Source: Alphaproteobacteria bacterium
GTDB lineage: Bacteria > Pseudomonadota > Alphaproteobacteria > MPNO01
Direction: 5' to 3'
Assembly (NCBI GenBank): GCA_965248835.1
Contig: CBDFLJ010000001.1
Span: forward strand, 1,416,820 to 1,480,819
Length of the DNA stretch: 64,000 bases
Of this stretch, positions 28,423 to 37,667 are shown piece after piece. The stretch's first letter is position 1, and every line of letters starts with the position of its first letter. A program made the translations under genes and the position numbers. The notes beneath the pieces were generated by a model. It saw only the letters and a list, made by a program, of their open reading frames with translations, did not search any database and was not told where the DNA came from.

Positions 28423-30723
28423 ATGACTGAGACATGGCGCACCGCCGGGTCGGTTTCGTTCGACGAGCTGTTGAAGGCCAACAAGAAACAGTTCGATGAG
28501 GTCTTCTCGGTCCAGATGAAGGCGTTCGGGCTGCGCGAAGCTTCCGGCCTGCCGCCGACCGCGGACGCCCTCGGCTCGGCGAGCCTGGAGGCGAGCAACG
28601 GCGCGCCGAACGGCGAGGCGACGGCCAGGCTCAATGCCCGTTTCGGGACGGGCTGGTCGAGCGAGATCGTCGAACACAGCATCGACCAGGGCAAGGTCAG
28701 CGTGTTGTGCAAGCTCGTGGTCGAGGGTACGACCAGGATGCAGTTCGGCTCGGCCCGGGTGAACGGCGATGCGGGCGCTGCGCTGCAGCGCGCGACCGAA
28801 GAAGCCCTCGAAAAATGCGCCGCTCAGTTCGACGCCGTCCTATCGGCTCTCGAAGGCGAAGACCGCGCGCCGGTGCCGGCCGAGCCCGCCGAGCCCGCCG
28901 CGGCCGCCTCACCGGCGCCGGCGGCAGCGCGGCGCGGCACGGGATCGCGGCTGGATACGATCACGCTGGATCTGATCGAGAACGCGCTGCGCAACGCGCG
29001 CCACGAGATGGATGCGGTGCTGTTCCGCTCCGCCATGTCGCCGGTCATCCGCGAGCAGCATGACGAGTTCCCGATGCTGACCGACGCCAAGGGGCGGATG
29101 ATCGTCGGCCAGTTCGGCTCCTACGTCCCGGAGATGCTGAAGGAACAGAGCTTCGACCTCTTTCCGGGCGACGTGATCCTGCAAAGCGATCCGTACAAAT
29201 GCGGCGGCGCGATCAGCCACATCAACGACTGGATGGTCCTGGTCCCGATCTTCTTCGACGGTGATCTGGTCGGATTCAGCTCCATGTTCGGCCACATGAT
29301 GGATGTCGGCGGCCCGGTGCCGGGCAGCATGCCGACCGCCGCGACCTCGATCTTCGGCGAGGGGCTCAGGATTCCGCCGATCAAGATCTACGAGCGCGGC
29401 GAGGTGAACAAATCCGCGATCGATCTGATCATGAACAACACCCGCACGCCGGAGATGAACTACTCCGACCTGATGGCGATCGTCGCCGGCTGCCGTGCCG
29501 GCGAGCGCCGGGTGGTCGAGATGTGCGAACGCTTCGGCCAGGAGGTCTACAAGCAGGCCTGCGAGGCGTTGCTCGAGCGCACCAACCGGGCGATGCGCCA
29601 ACTCATCGTCCGCAACCTGCCCGAGGAGCCTCAGTCGTTCGAGGACTATGTCGACGACGATGGGCTCGGCAACGGGCCCTTCAGGATGAAGCTCACCGTC
29701 TGGCGTGAAGGGGAGCATGCCTATTTCGACTGGACCGGCACCTCGGCGCAGGCGCCGGGCCCGATCAACTTCTACCTCCATGACGGCATGTTCAAGATGT
29801 TCATCGGCGTCTACATGATCATGGTCTTCGACCCCCAGATCCTGTTCAACGACGGGTTCTATGACCTGATCCACGTCACGATTCCGGACGGCTCGCTGCT
29901 GCATCCGAAGTTCCCGGCGGCGCTGGGCTGCCGCACCCACGCTCTGTCGCGCCAGTTCGACGTCCTGGGCGGGGCGCTTTCGAAGAACGCGCCGGAGATG
30001 GCGACCGCGGCCGGCTACGGCTCCAGCCCGCATTTCCTCTATTCCGGGCGCGACGCCAAGGGACGGGACTTCCAGCTCATGGAGATCCTCTATGGCGGCA
30101 TCCCGGGGCGCCCGATCGGCGACGGTATGGACGGCCATTCGTGGTGGCCGCTGTTCGAGAACATCCCCAGCGAGTATCTCGAGAGCTACTACCCGATGGT
30201 GATCGAATCCTATGCCAGCGTTCCCGACTCGGGCGGGGCCGGGCTGCACCGCGGCGGCAATGGCATCGAGAAGGTCTATCTGCTTCTGGAAGGCGGCGAG
30301 ATTTCCATCCACGACGACCGCCATTTGACCCAGCCGTGGGGGATCCTGGGCGGCAAGCCGGGCGCGTGCTCGCAGAAATGGCTGGTCCGGGCCGACGGCA
30401 CGCGCGAGCCGCTGCCATCGAAGATCGACAACGTGCGGGTGCAGGGCGGCGACCGCATCGTGTTCCGCACCGCCGGCGGCGGAGGTTGGGGCGACCCGCT
30501 GGACCGCGCGCCCGAGAAGATCGCTACCGACGTGCGGCGCAAGCTGCTTACGCGCGAGGCGGCGCGCGAGCGCTACGGCGTGGTCCTGGGCGAGCGGGGC
30601 ACGTCCGATATCAAGGCGACCGAGGCGTTGCGCGCAAGCCTGCGCTCCAGCCGCCGGCCGCCGGAGACGTTCGACTTCGGCGACCGCCCCGAAGGAATCG
30701 CGAACGGGGTGATCACCGTTTGA
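28423..30723 (+). CDS. hyuB: hydantoinase B / oxoprolinase family protein (HyuB) with a ~185-aa N-terminal extension and Ala/Pro linker
   Basis: An AAGGAG RBS lies 13 nt upstream of the ATG at 28423. The protein is 766 aa. The HyuB domain starts around DTITLDLIENALRNARHEMDAVLFRSAMSPVIREQHDEF and ends in GGGGWGDP. The preceding 185 aa are a separate module ending in the linker PVPAEPAEPAAAASPAPAAA. The 5' part of ORF 26269..30723 overlapping hyuA is an alternate-frame artefact. Confidence 0.8.
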   Translation: MTETWRTAGSVSFDELLKANKKQFDEVFSVQMKAFGLREASGLPPTADALGSASLEASNGAPNGEATARLNARFGTGWSSEIVEHSIDQGKVSVLCKLVVEGTTRMQFGSARVNGDAGAALQRATEEALEKCAAQFDAVLSALEGEDRAPVPAEPAEPAAAASPAPAAARRGTGSRLDTITLDLIENALRNARHEMDAVLFRSAMSPVIREQHDEFPMLTDAKGRMIVGQFGSYVPEMLKEQSFDLFPGDVILQSDPYKCGGAISHINDWMVLVPIFFDGDLVGFSSMFGHMMDVGGPVPGSMPTAATSIFGEGLRIPPIKIYERGEVNKSAIDLIMNNTRTPEMNYSDLMAIVAGCRAGERRVVEMCERFGQEVYKQACEALLERTNRAMRQLIVRNLPEEPQSFEDYVDDDGLGNGPFRMKLTVWREGEHAYFDWTGTSAQAPGPINFYLHDGMFKMFIGVYMIMVFDPQILFNDGFYDLIHVTIPDGSLLHPKFPAALGCRTHALSRQFDVLGGALSKNAPEMATAAGYGSSPHFLYSGRDAKGRDFQLMEILYGGIPGRPIGDGMDGHSWWPLFENIPSEYLESYYPMVIESYASVPDSGGAGLHRGGNGIEKVYLLLEGGEISIHDDRHLTQPWGILGGKPGACSQKWLVRADGTREPLPSKIDNVRVQGGDRIVFRTAGGGGWGDPLDRAPEKIATDVRRKLLTREAARERYGVVLGERGTSDIKATEALRASLRSSRRPPETFDFGDRPEGIANGVITV

Positions 30724-30754
30724 GGGCGCGCCTGAGCAGGGAGCTGGGAAGACC

Positions 30755-33247
30755 ATGCTGGAGTCCGTAATCATCGCACTCGTCGTCGCGGTCGTCGTCA
30801 TCGCGATCGTCTATATCCTGTCGGTGTGGATCTACAAGCGCGCGCCGGCGAACATGGGCTTCGTGCGCACCGGGATGCTCGGCACCAAGGTGTGCCTGGG
30901 CCGCGGTGCGATCGTCCTGCCGGTCTTTCACGAGGTCACGTGGGTCTCGCTGGAGACGATCAAGCTGATCGTCAGCCGCGCGCGCGAGCAGGCCGTTCTG
31001 ACCTCCGACAAGATCCGGATCGACGTCGTGGCCGAGCTCTACGCCCATGTCGGCCGGACTCCCGAGGATCTGCTGACCGCGAGCCGGAGCCTGGGGGAAA
31101 AGACATTCGATCCCGACAAGGTCCGCAACCTCCTGGAGGCCAAGGTCGTCAGCGTGTTGAGGAGCTATGCCGCCACCAAGACGCTCAGCGAGCTGCACGA
31201 GAACCGCGAGGCCATCTCGCGCGAGATGAAGGCCGCGGTCATGGAGAGCTTCCAGGCCAACGGGCTGACGCTCGAGGAAGTCACGATCGCGGCCCTGGAA
31301 CAGACCGCGAAGGAGCATTTCAAGCCCGACAACGTCTTCGATGCCGAGGGCCTGAAAATCATCACCGACATCACCTCGGATGCCCGCCGCAAGGTCCACG
31401 AGACCGAAAAGCGGACCGCGGTCGCGATCCGCCAGCGCGACCTCGACACCCAGCTCGATCTCCTGGAGATCGAAAAGAACGAAGCGCTCGCCAAGGCGGG
31501 TCAGGACAAGACGATCTCCAACGAACAGGCCCAGCAGCTTCGCGAGAAGCAGATCTTCATCCTCGACCAACGCAAGGCGGTTGAGGAGCGCGAGATCGAG
31601 AACGACGTTACCCTGGAGCGCATGCGGACCGACCGCGAGGTCGCGATCACCGAGGAGGCGCAAAAGCGCGAGGTGACCGAGATCCAAAAGGAGCTTGCGC
31701 TGGAGCAGGAACGCAAGGACCGCGAGATCCAGCTCATCAACAAGGAACGCGAGCGCGAGGCGGCCGAGATCCAGCAGCGCACCGCCGTGCTGGCCGAACA
31801 GGAGGTCGCCCGCGTGCTGCGCCACCAGGCGAGCGAGGACGCCACCGTCGCCACCCGCAAGCAGAGCGTCGAGGCGCGGCTGACCGTCCTCGATCTCGAA
31901 AAGCAGGAGGAGCTCGCCGCGGCCGGGCAGGAGCGCGACGTCGCCAACGAGAAGGCCCGCGCGCTCAGCGAGCGCCAGCGCTACATCCTGGAACAGCGCT
32001 GGGAGGTCCAGCAGGACGAGATCGACAAGGCCCTGGCACTCGACCGCGCGCAGATCCAGAAAGACGCGGCGGTGGCCGAAGAGAGCAAGATCCTGGAGGC
32101 CGCCGAGGTCCGCCGCGCGCTCGCGCTCGAGCTTGAGGAACGCGACCGCGAGATCGCCCTGATCAGGAAGGAGCAGGAACGCGAGAAGATCGACATCCAG
32201 CGGTTCCTGGGACGCGAGAGGGAGGAGCGCGACCGCGAGATCGCCCTTGTCCGCAAGACCGGAGAGCTCGAGGCGGTCGAGGTCGAGCGGCTGAAAACGA
32301 CCGCAGAGAAGGAAAACGCCGAGCACGGCGTGGAGTCGGTGCGCATCCTCGCCGATGCCGAGCGGGACAAGGCGATCGAGCGCATCGAGGCCGAGAAGCT
32401 TGCCGAGGTCCGTCGGATCGACGAGGAGAACAAGGCGCAGATCTCGCGTATGCACATGATCACCCAGGCCGAGGCCCGGCAGACCTCGGCCGAGCGCGAG
32501 GCCGAGGCCACGCTGATCAAGGCGCGCGCCAACAGCGATGCGCAGAAGGTCGCGGCCGAGGGCATCGAGAAGGAGGCCGCGGCCCCGGGCCGCGCCGAGA
32601 TGGCGGTCGAATCGCTGCGGGTGGAGAACACCCAGCGCATGCTCGAAGCCGAAGCGACCGGCATCGAGGCCAAGGCCGATGCGCTCAAGAAGTACAACGA
32701 GGCTGCGACCTTCCTGGAGCTGGCCAAGATGTATATCGAGGCCGAGCGCGATGTTCATATCGACCAGGCCAAGGCGATGGGCACCGCGCTCGGTGGCGCG
32801 CAGATCCGCATGTACGGCGGCGGCGACGGCACGGTGGAGACGATCCGCGGCATGTTCACCTCCGGCTTCGGCCTGGGCGAGGCGCTTGAGGGGCTTGGCC
32901 AGTCGATGCCCGAGGGGCTGCGCGAGCGGCTGTCCGCGCAGGGCCTCCGCGGCCTCCTCGGCCTGGCGCCGGGCGAGGCAAAGCCCGATGTCGAACGGAC
33001 GCTGCAAAAGACCGTCCAACGGCTCGATGCACTGGCCGCCAAGTCGCTGCGCGGCCAGAAGGCGCGCGCGATGCCGCTGTCCGAAGCGCTCGCCAAGCTC
33101 GAACAGCAGGCCAGCGGCGACGACGAAGCGATTCGGGCCGTCAACACGCTCAAGGGCATGAACCCCGAAGGCGCCTTCGATGACCTGCCTTTCGACAAGG
33201 TGTGGGCGCTGCTTCAGAGCGTGGCGCAGGCGCCCAGCCAGGCTTGA
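30755..33247 (+). CDS. flotillin/SPFH (band-7) domain protein, YqiK-like, with an extended E/A/R-rich coiled coil (830 aa)
   Basis: The N-terminal TM (MLESVIIALVVAVVVIAIVYIL) is followed by an SPFH domain and ~500 aa of heptad-rich charged repeats. These include an internal duplication (ERDREIALIRKEQ / ERDREIALVRKTG). Confidence 0.8.
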   Translation: MLESVIIALVVAVVVIAIVYILSVWIYKRAPANMGFVRTGMLGTKVCLGRGAIVLPVFHEVTWVSLETIKLIVSRAREQAVLTSDKIRIDVVAELYAHVGRTPEDLLTASRSLGEKTFDPDKVRNLLEAKVVSVLRSYAATKTLSELHENREAISREMKAAVMESFQANGLTLEEVTIAALEQTAKEHFKPDNVFDAEGLKIITDITSDARRKVHETEKRTAVAIRQRDLDTQLDLLEIEKNEALAKAGQDKTISNEQAQQLREKQIFILDQRKAVEEREIENDVTLERMRTDREVAITEEAQKREVTEIQKELALEQERKDREIQLINKEREREAAEIQQRTAVLAEQEVARVLRHQASEDATVATRKQSVEARLTVLDLEKQEELAAAGQERDVANEKARALSERQRYILEQRWEVQQDEIDKALALDRAQIQKDAAVAEESKILEAAEVRRALALELEERDREIALIRKEQEREKIDIQRFLGREREERDREIALVRKTGELEAVEVERLKTTAEKENAEHGVESVRILADAERDKAIERIEAEKLAEVRRIDEENKAQISRMHMITQAEARQTSAEREAEATLIKARANSDAQKVAAEGIEKEAAAPGRAEMAVESLRVENTQRMLEAEATGIEAKADALKKYNEAATFLELAKMYIEAERDVHIDQAKAMGTALGGAQIRMYGGGDGTVETIRGMFTSGFGLGEALEGLGQSMPEGLRERLSAQGLRGLLGLAPGEAKPDVERTLQKTVQRLDALAAKSLRGQKARAMPLSEALAKLEQQASGDDEAIRAVNTLKGMNPEGAFDDLPFDKVWALLQSVAQAPSQA

Positions 33248-33259
33248 GGCGGGGCTGCG

Positions 33260-34345
33260 GTGGCCGAGAACGACGTCGTCCTGGTCGGGGTGAACAAGAC
33301 CTTCGAGGGCAATGTCCGCGCGGTGATCGATTTCAACGCCGAGATCGAGCACGGCGAGTTCGTTGCCTTGCTGGGTCCTAGCGGTTGCGGCAAGACGACC
33401 ACGCTCAGAATGATCGGCGGGCTGGAGGAGATCACTTCGGGCAAGATCTACCTCTCCGGCAGGGACGTCACCGATCTGCCCCCGTCCGAGCGCGACACCG
33501 CGATGATGTTCCAGAGCTTTGCCCTGTTCCCGCATCGCACCGTCTTCCAGAACGTCGAGTTCAGCCTGAAGATGCAGGGCCGCGCGCGCGCTGATCGGGC
33601 CAAGCCGGTCTGGGACATGTTGGAGATGGTGGGTCTCGCCGATCTCGCCGGCCGCAAGCCGTCCGACCTCAGCGGCGGGCAGCAGCAGCGCGTGGCGCTG
33701 GCCCGGGCGCTGATCAGCCGGCCGACGGTGCTGCTGCTCGACGAGCCGCTGGGCGCGCTCGACTACAACTTGCGCCAGACGATGATCGTCGAGCTGAAGA
33801 AGATCCAGCGCGAGCTCGGCATGACCTTCATCATGGTCACCCATTCCCAGGAAGAAGCCATGGGCATGGCCGACAAGGTGATCGTGATGAGTGACGCGGT
33901 GATCCAGCAGACCGGCACCTCGCGCCAGATCTACGAGAACCCGCGCACCCGCTTCGTTGCCGAGTTCATCGGCAACAACAACCTGTTCGCCGGCAAGGTC
34001 GCCTCGCGCAGCGGCTCGGTCGTCTTCGTCGAGGCCGAGGACAAGCTGTTCTACGTCAGGGTGCCCGAGCACATCCGCCAGGTCCCGGTCGGGGCCACGG
34101 CCAGTTTTGCGGTGCGCGCGGATCTGATGCATGCCGGCGATCACCCCGGGATGGCAAACCGGGTCGAGGGCCGCTACATCACCACCGAGTTCCGGGGCTC
34201 GCTGGAGACCGACGTCTTCGAAGTCGGCTCGGGGCTGTTCGTCCACGTCGAGCAGCACCGCAACATCTCCGACCGGATCTACGCGATGGGCGACCGCGAG
34301 ACGATCTGCTGGCCGGCGGACGGCGGCGTTCTGCTGGAGGCCTGA
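33260..34345 (+). CDS. ABC transporter ATP-binding protein (PotA/spermidine-putrescine-like, with C-terminal TOBE domain)
   Basis: Walker A (GPSGCGKTT), signature (LSGGQQQRVALARAL) and Walker B (LLLDEPLGALD) are present. The gene starts 12 nt after the flotillin stop. Confidence 0.85.
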   Translation: MAENDVVLVGVNKTFEGNVRAVIDFNAEIEHGEFVALLGPSGCGKTTTLRMIGGLEEITSGKIYLSGRDVTDLPPSERDTAMMFQSFALFPHRTVFQNVEFSLKMQGRARADRAKPVWDMLEMVGLADLAGRKPSDLSGGQQQRVALARALISRPTVLLLDEPLGALDYNLRQTMIVELKKIQRELGMTFIMVTHSQEEAMGMADKVIVMSDAVIQQTGTSRQIYENPRTRFVAEFIGNNNLFAGKVASRSGSVVFVEAEDKLFYVRVPEHIRQVPVGATASFAVRADLMHAGDHPGMANRVEGRYITTEFRGSLETDVFEVGSGLFVHVEQHRNISDRIYAMGDRETICWPADGGVLLEA

Positions 34346-34407
34346 GGCTTCGGTGCGGCCCGGCTTGCCGGGGACATGCGCCAGACCCCGCACGGTCCGA
34401 AATCCGT

Positions 34408-35235
34408 CTATCGCGCCCGCCGGTAGAGGACCGAATAGACCGTGACGAACAAGCCGATCATCAGCAGCGAGAAGATGGTCGACGCCGTGCCCAGCGCGAA
34501 CAGGGTCGGTCGGATGCGCTGGGTCATCGAGGCGTTGATGTCCAGCGGCAGCGTGTTGAACTCGCCCGACAACAGCGTGGTGCGCGCGAACTCGTCATAG
34601 GACAGGGTGAACCCGAACAGCCCGGCCGCGACCACCCCCGGCAGGATCAGCGGCAGCGTGATCTCCTTGAAGACGGTCCATTCGCTCGCCCCCATGTCCC
34701 GGGCAGCCTCCTCCAGGCTTGAATCGAACCGGTTGAAGACCGCCATCATCACCAGGAATCCGAAGGGCAGCGTCCACACGACATGGACCCCGAGGGCGGT
34801 CGACCACCAGGCCGGCGGGATGCCGGCCTCCCTCAAGAGCGTCGCGAGCCCGAGGCTGAGCAGCACGCCGGGCACCATGAGGCCGGACATGACCGTATAG
34901 AACAGGATCGACGAGCCGAGGAACGGCTTGCGGAACGCCATCGCCAACATGGTCGCGAACAGCGCGGTGACCACCATCACCACCAGCGCCAGGATCAGCG
35001 AGCGGCCGAGCGCGCCCTGCAGGTCGCCCACCGTCGAGGGCTCGAGGAGCTTGTTCCACCAATAGAAGCTGAAGCCCCGCATCGGGAAGCTGGTCCCGCC
35101 GCGCCGCGCTTGGAAGGACAGCACGAACATCGCGATCATCGGACCGTAGACGAAGACCAGGAACAGCGCGTAGTAGACGCTGAAACCGCCTTTGATCAGC
35201 GATTTGCGCCGCCGGTCCGGGGTCCAGCGCGCCAC
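34408..35235 (-). CDS. ABC transporter permease (PotC-like)
   Basis: Six TM segments and the EAA loop-like motif (EEAARDMGASEWTVFKEITLPLILPG) are present. Confidence 0.8.
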   Translation of the reverse strand: MARWTPDRRRKSLIKGGFSVYYALFLVFVYGPMIAMFVLSFQARRGGTSFPMRGFSFYWWNKLLEPSTVGDLQGALGRSLILALVVMVVTALFATMLAMAFRKPFLGSSILFYTVMSGLMVPGVLLSLGLATLLREAGIPPAWWSTALGVHVVWTLPFGFLVMMAVFNRFDSSLEEAARDMGASEWTVFKEITLPLILPGVVAAGLFGFTLSYDEFARTTLLSGEFNTLPLDINASMTQRIRPTLFALGTASTIFSLLMIGLFVTVYSVLYRRAR

Positions 35236-35236
35236 C

Positions 35237-36217
35237 TCAGAGCTCCTTGCGGATGTTGACCACGCGCAGGATCATCACCACGCCGATCATCATCGCCAGC
35301 ATCAGCATGATCGCGTTGACCGCGGCGAAGGGATAGTTGGCGATGGCATAGTAGTTGAGGATCACGGTGCCGGTGGTCGATGTCTTGCCGCCATAGACCA
35401 CCACGGCGGTTGCGAACTCGCCCATGATCATCACGAAGATGAAGATCAGCCCGATGGCGACGCCCGGCAGGGACAGGGGGCCGATGATCTCGCGAAAGAT
35501 CTGGAACGAGCTCGCGCCCATGTCGCGCGCGGCATCGATGATCGACCTGTCGATCTTGGCCAGCGAGAAGAAGATCGGCCCGACGATCAGGACGACATAG
35601 AGTTGGACCAGGGCCATGGTGTAGCCGAATTCCGAATAGAGCAGGAAGCCGACCGGTTTGTCGACGATGTCGAGATTGACCAGCAGCTTGTTGAGCAGCC
35701 CGCGTCGGCCCAGCATCGGCAGCCAGGCCACCGCGCGGATCAGGTAGCTGGTCCAGAACGGCACCATCGAGATCAGGAACAGCGCGAGCTGCCACTTGAA
35801 CGACTCGACCTGGAAGGCGAGGAAATAGGCGATCGGGAAACCGACGATCAGGCAGAAGAACATCACCACCAGCGCGAAGCGCAGCGTCGTTCCGAGCGTC
35901 TGGATATAGATCGAAAGGGACAGGAACCGGTCCGAGGATGGATCGAAGAAACCCTCGGTCCGGAAGAAGTCGTCGTAGTGCTGGAGCGTCAGGTCGGGCG
36001 CCATGCCATAGCCGGTCGCCTTCCAGAAACTGAACACCACGATTCCGACCAGCGGCAGGACCAGAAAGAGGATCAGCCACGCCGCGGCCGGGCTGATCAG
36101 CCAATAGACCGGAAACCCCTGCGCGCGGCGCGGCTTGTCCGACCCGGCACGCTGGGCGGCCGGTGCCGCGCGGCCGCCGATCAGGCCCGGGCGCGCCGTC
36201 TGTCCGAGCTGGCTCAC
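35237..36217 (-). CDS. ABC transporter permease (PotB-like)
   Basis: The EAA motif (IDAARDMGASSFQIFREIIGPLSLPG) is present. The stop lies 1 nt from the next permease start. Confidence 0.8.
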   Translation of the reverse strand: MSQLGQTARPGLIGGRAAPAAQRAGSDKPRRAQGFPVYWLISPAAAWLILFLVLPLVGIVVFSFWKATGYGMAPDLTLQHYDDFFRTEGFFDPSSDRFLSLSIYIQTLGTTLRFALVVMFFCLIVGFPIAYFLAFQVESFKWQLALFLISMVPFWTSYLIRAVAWLPMLGRRGLLNKLLVNLDIVDKPVGFLLYSEFGYTMALVQLYVVLIVGPIFFSLAKIDRSIIDAARDMGASSFQIFREIIGPLSLPGVAIGLIFIFVMIMGEFATAVVVYGGKTSTTGTVILNYYAIANYPFAAVNAIMLMLAMMIGVVMILRVVNIRKEL

Positions 36218-36285
36218 GGTGTTGGCGGCCGGTCAGGAATGCGGGCGGGCCCGCGACGATCCCGCCCGCGCGCACCGGTCTGCCG

Positions 36286-37566
36286 TCAAGCGCTGAGGAA
36301 CTCCGTCCAGCGCTTGACCAAGTAGTCGTTCTCCTTCATCAGCGAGTTCCAGACCGCGATGTTCTTGAAGCGGTTCCAATAGGAGCCGCCGTCGCGGACC
36401 TCGCCCTTCTCGACGATCGGCGTGCCGAAGGGGTCGTTGAGCTCTCCTGCCGCCGGTTTGCCCATGTACCAGAAGTCCCATTCCTCCGGCGTGAGGTGCT
36501 GCTTGACGTTTTCCGGCACCGACATGTAGTAGCCCTGACGGGCGACGAACGCGCCGGGCCAGCCGCTCATCCACCAGTTGATATAGTCATAGGCCGCATC
36601 GAGCTTCTTGCCGGTCACCTTGGCCGAGATCGCAAGCCCGCCGTGCCAGCCGCGCATGCCTTCCTTGGGGAAGGCGTAGACGCAGGGCACGCCCTCGGCC
36701 TTGACTGCGGTGACCGCCGGCGACCACATCGACTGGACCGCGACCTCGCCGGAGACCATCAGGTTGACCGACTGGCCGAAGGTCTCCCAGAAGGCGCGGA
36801 AATGGCCCTCTTTCTTGCGCTTGATCAGGAAATCGATCAGGAAGTCGATTTCCTCGCGGGTCATGTCGCCCTTGTCCTTGAATTTGAGCAGCCCCATCGC
36901 CTCGATGGCGAGCGCTGCATCCATGGTGCCGATCTGCGGCACGTTGAGCAGCGCGACCTTGCCCTTGAAGTCCGCGGAGAACAGCTCGGCCCAGCTTTCG
37001 ATCTTGCGGCCGGTCTCGTCCGGGTTGTAGCCGATCGAATCGGCGTTGTGCCAGCCGGGTACCATCGAGATGTAGCGCGACGGCCCGTTGACCCGGTTGC
37101 CGTCCTTGTCGAGCCAGAGATGGCGGAACGGCGCATCGCCCTGGCCGGGATTGGACTCCGGCGTCAGCCGGCCGGTCTTTGTAAGGTCGGTGACCTTGTC
37201 CCAGTCCTTGATGCGCTGCGTGTCGATCGGCTGCCACACCTTGGCAGGGATGAACACGTCGCAGTCGTTGTAATAACCTTCGGCGATCTCGTACTGATCG
37301 TTCTGGTTGAGCATCTTGCCGAACATCGCGCCATAGCCCAGCGCCTGGCCGCGCACCTGCATGCCGAGATCCTTGCCGGCGCGGCCCTGAATCTCGTTGA
37401 TGATGCTCACGCCGAGGCCGATCGTCCGGATGGACTCGGCGCCAAACGCAATGCTGGGAAAGCCGCCTGCCGCGCCCGCGGCGAGCGCCGCGGCGGACGT
37501 GCCGACGAATGTGCGGCGCCTCACGCGCCGGGGTTTGCTGATGTCCGTCTTGAGCTTGTCCGACAT
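36286..37566 (-). CDS. ABC transporter periplasmic substrate-binding protein (family-1 SBP) with twin-arginine signal peptide
   Basis: The internal ATG is preceded by GGAGG. The signal region reads MSDKLKTDISKPRRVRRRTFVGTSAAALAAGAAGG, which has an RRxF Tat motif. Confidence 0.8.
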   Translation of the reverse strand: MSDKLKTDISKPRRVRRRTFVGTSAAALAAGAAGGFPSIAFGAESIRTIGLGVSIINEIQGRAGKDLGMQVRGQALGYGAMFGKMLNQNDQYEIAEGYYNDCDVFIPAKVWQPIDTQRIKDWDKVTDLTKTGRLTPESNPGQGDAPFRHLWLDKDGNRVNGPSRYISMVPGWHNADSIGYNPDETGRKIESWAELFSADFKGKVALLNVPQIGTMDAALAIEAMGLLKFKDKGDMTREEIDFLIDFLIKRKKEGHFRAFWETFGQSVNLMVSGEVAVQSMWSPAVTAVKAEGVPCVYAFPKEGMRGWHGGLAISAKVTGKKLDAAYDYINWWMSGWPGAFVARQGYYMSVPENVKQHLTPEEWDFWYMGKPAAGELNDPFGTPIVEKGEVRDGGSYWNRFKNIAVWNSLMKENDYLVKRWTEFLSA

Positions 37567-37667
37567 TTGAGCCTCCATCTTATCCGAGACGATTAGGACA
37601 TTTTCTGAACCCTCTGACAATATGGGCCGGCAAAAAGGATTTTGGGAAAGCGGCCTGGGAGGTGCGG

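Noticed and set aside
30713-34393. 1226-aa minus-strand ORF antisense to the flotillin and ABC ATPase genes
   Set aside because: The composition is Leu/Ala/Arg/Gly low-complexity with no recognisable domain. The plus-strand genes have strong motifs (SPFH, Walker A/B).
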